DNA from: a virus
Strand: one strand, 5' to 3'
IMG/VR virus record: IMGVR_UViG_3300020153_000001
Location: 1 to 64,000 of that record
Length of the DNA: 64,000 bases
Shown here piece after piece: positions 63,640 through 64,000 of the stretch (position 1 is its first letter; every line of letters begins with the position of its first letter). The position numbers and the translations under genes were made by a program. The notes below the pieces were generated by a model that did not search any database, was not told where the DNA came from, and was given only the letters and a program-made list of their open reading frames with translations.

Positions 63640-64000
63640 TCAAGCTACCTCTTTTTTAGCCTTTTCCTCTTCGGCTTTTTGGGCCTCTGCATCGAATTCG
63701 TCTGCTAGTTCTTCGCAGACAGTCTTTATGGCTTCATCGCGCGCCCATTCGTCGGACGATCTAGCATGGCCTCTAGTCACCTGCTTATAGGCGCCAAATA
63801 GGCTATGCACCGTAACAAAACCAGCACCAAAGAGGGTAGGTAGAACCAACCAGGAGAGTGCTTTCTCTAATACCGAACCAGCAGTACCGGTGAGAAAGGA
63901 CAGGCCTTTGGTGGCTATTGTCCCAAATATGGATCCTCCTCCACCAGCGGCTGCTTTCTTTACGCGTTTCTTGGCTGCTGGTTTTCGATTTTGTTTGCTG
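63640..64000 (-). CDS. 5'-truncated membrane-segment protein
   Basis: Frame is open to the window edge: ..KRVKKAAAGGGGSIFGTIATKGLSFLTG..WLVLPTLFGAGF. Confidence 0.7.
   Translation of the reverse strand, partial: SKQNRKPAAKKRVKKAAAGGGGSIFGTIATKGLSFLTGTAGSVLEKALSWLVLPTLFGAGFVTVHSLFGAYKQVTRGHARSSDEWARDEAIKTVCEELADEFDAEAQKAEEEKAKKEVA

Noticed and set aside
1-64000. Eukaryotic giant virus (NCLDV) or alternative genetic code
   Set aside because: SD sequences, bacterial-type RNAP motifs and an HK97-like head module point to a tailed phage. Long ORFs close normally with TAA, TAG and TGA.
1-64000. tRNA, rRNA, introns or inteins
   Set aside because: No cloverleaf or TTCGAATC arm context in intergenic space. 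No unexplained insertions or intein motifs were seen in RNAP, SbcC or MCP. A formal tRNAscan/Infernal search was not run.

Overview
This 64-kb window is a segment of a large tailed bacteriophage (Caudoviricetes) genome. Essentially all ~70 genes lie on the minus strand, in the standard genetic code and usually with Shine-Dalgarno sites. In transcription order (right to left) it holds five blocks. (1) A cellular-like multisubunit RNA polymerase, encoded as a beta+beta'-N fusion (57833-62191, GADFDGD) and a separate beta'-C gene (48559-50412). The two halves sit among small membrane-segment proteins and three tandem HExxH (ImmA/IrrE-like) metallopeptidase paralogues. (2) Putative inner-head proteins with low-complexity and amphipathic repeats. 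(3) A head module: prohead protease, acidic scaffold, decoration protein and major capsid protein. (4) A neck/tail/baseplate module, including a tail-assembly-chaperone gene with a textbook -1 frameshift signal. (5) An accessory and DNA-metabolism region: a beta-strand-rich paralogue array, SbcCD, RuvC-like resolvase, degenerate RNase H, an exported trypsin-like protease and a duplicated gene pair. Three signals stand out. A 20-bp perfect palindrome, TTTTGACTCCGGAGTCAAAA, occurs 13 times, almost always at gene junctions, and in places supplies the stop codon or the SD sequence. A recurrent [IVLFT]-K-x-A motif marks many putative virion proteins and may be the prohead-protease site. The RNAP lacks both beta' Zn sites and the beta flap-tip helix. 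No tRNA, rRNA, CRISPR array or transposase was seen. All functional calls come from motif recognition by eye; no database searches were run.
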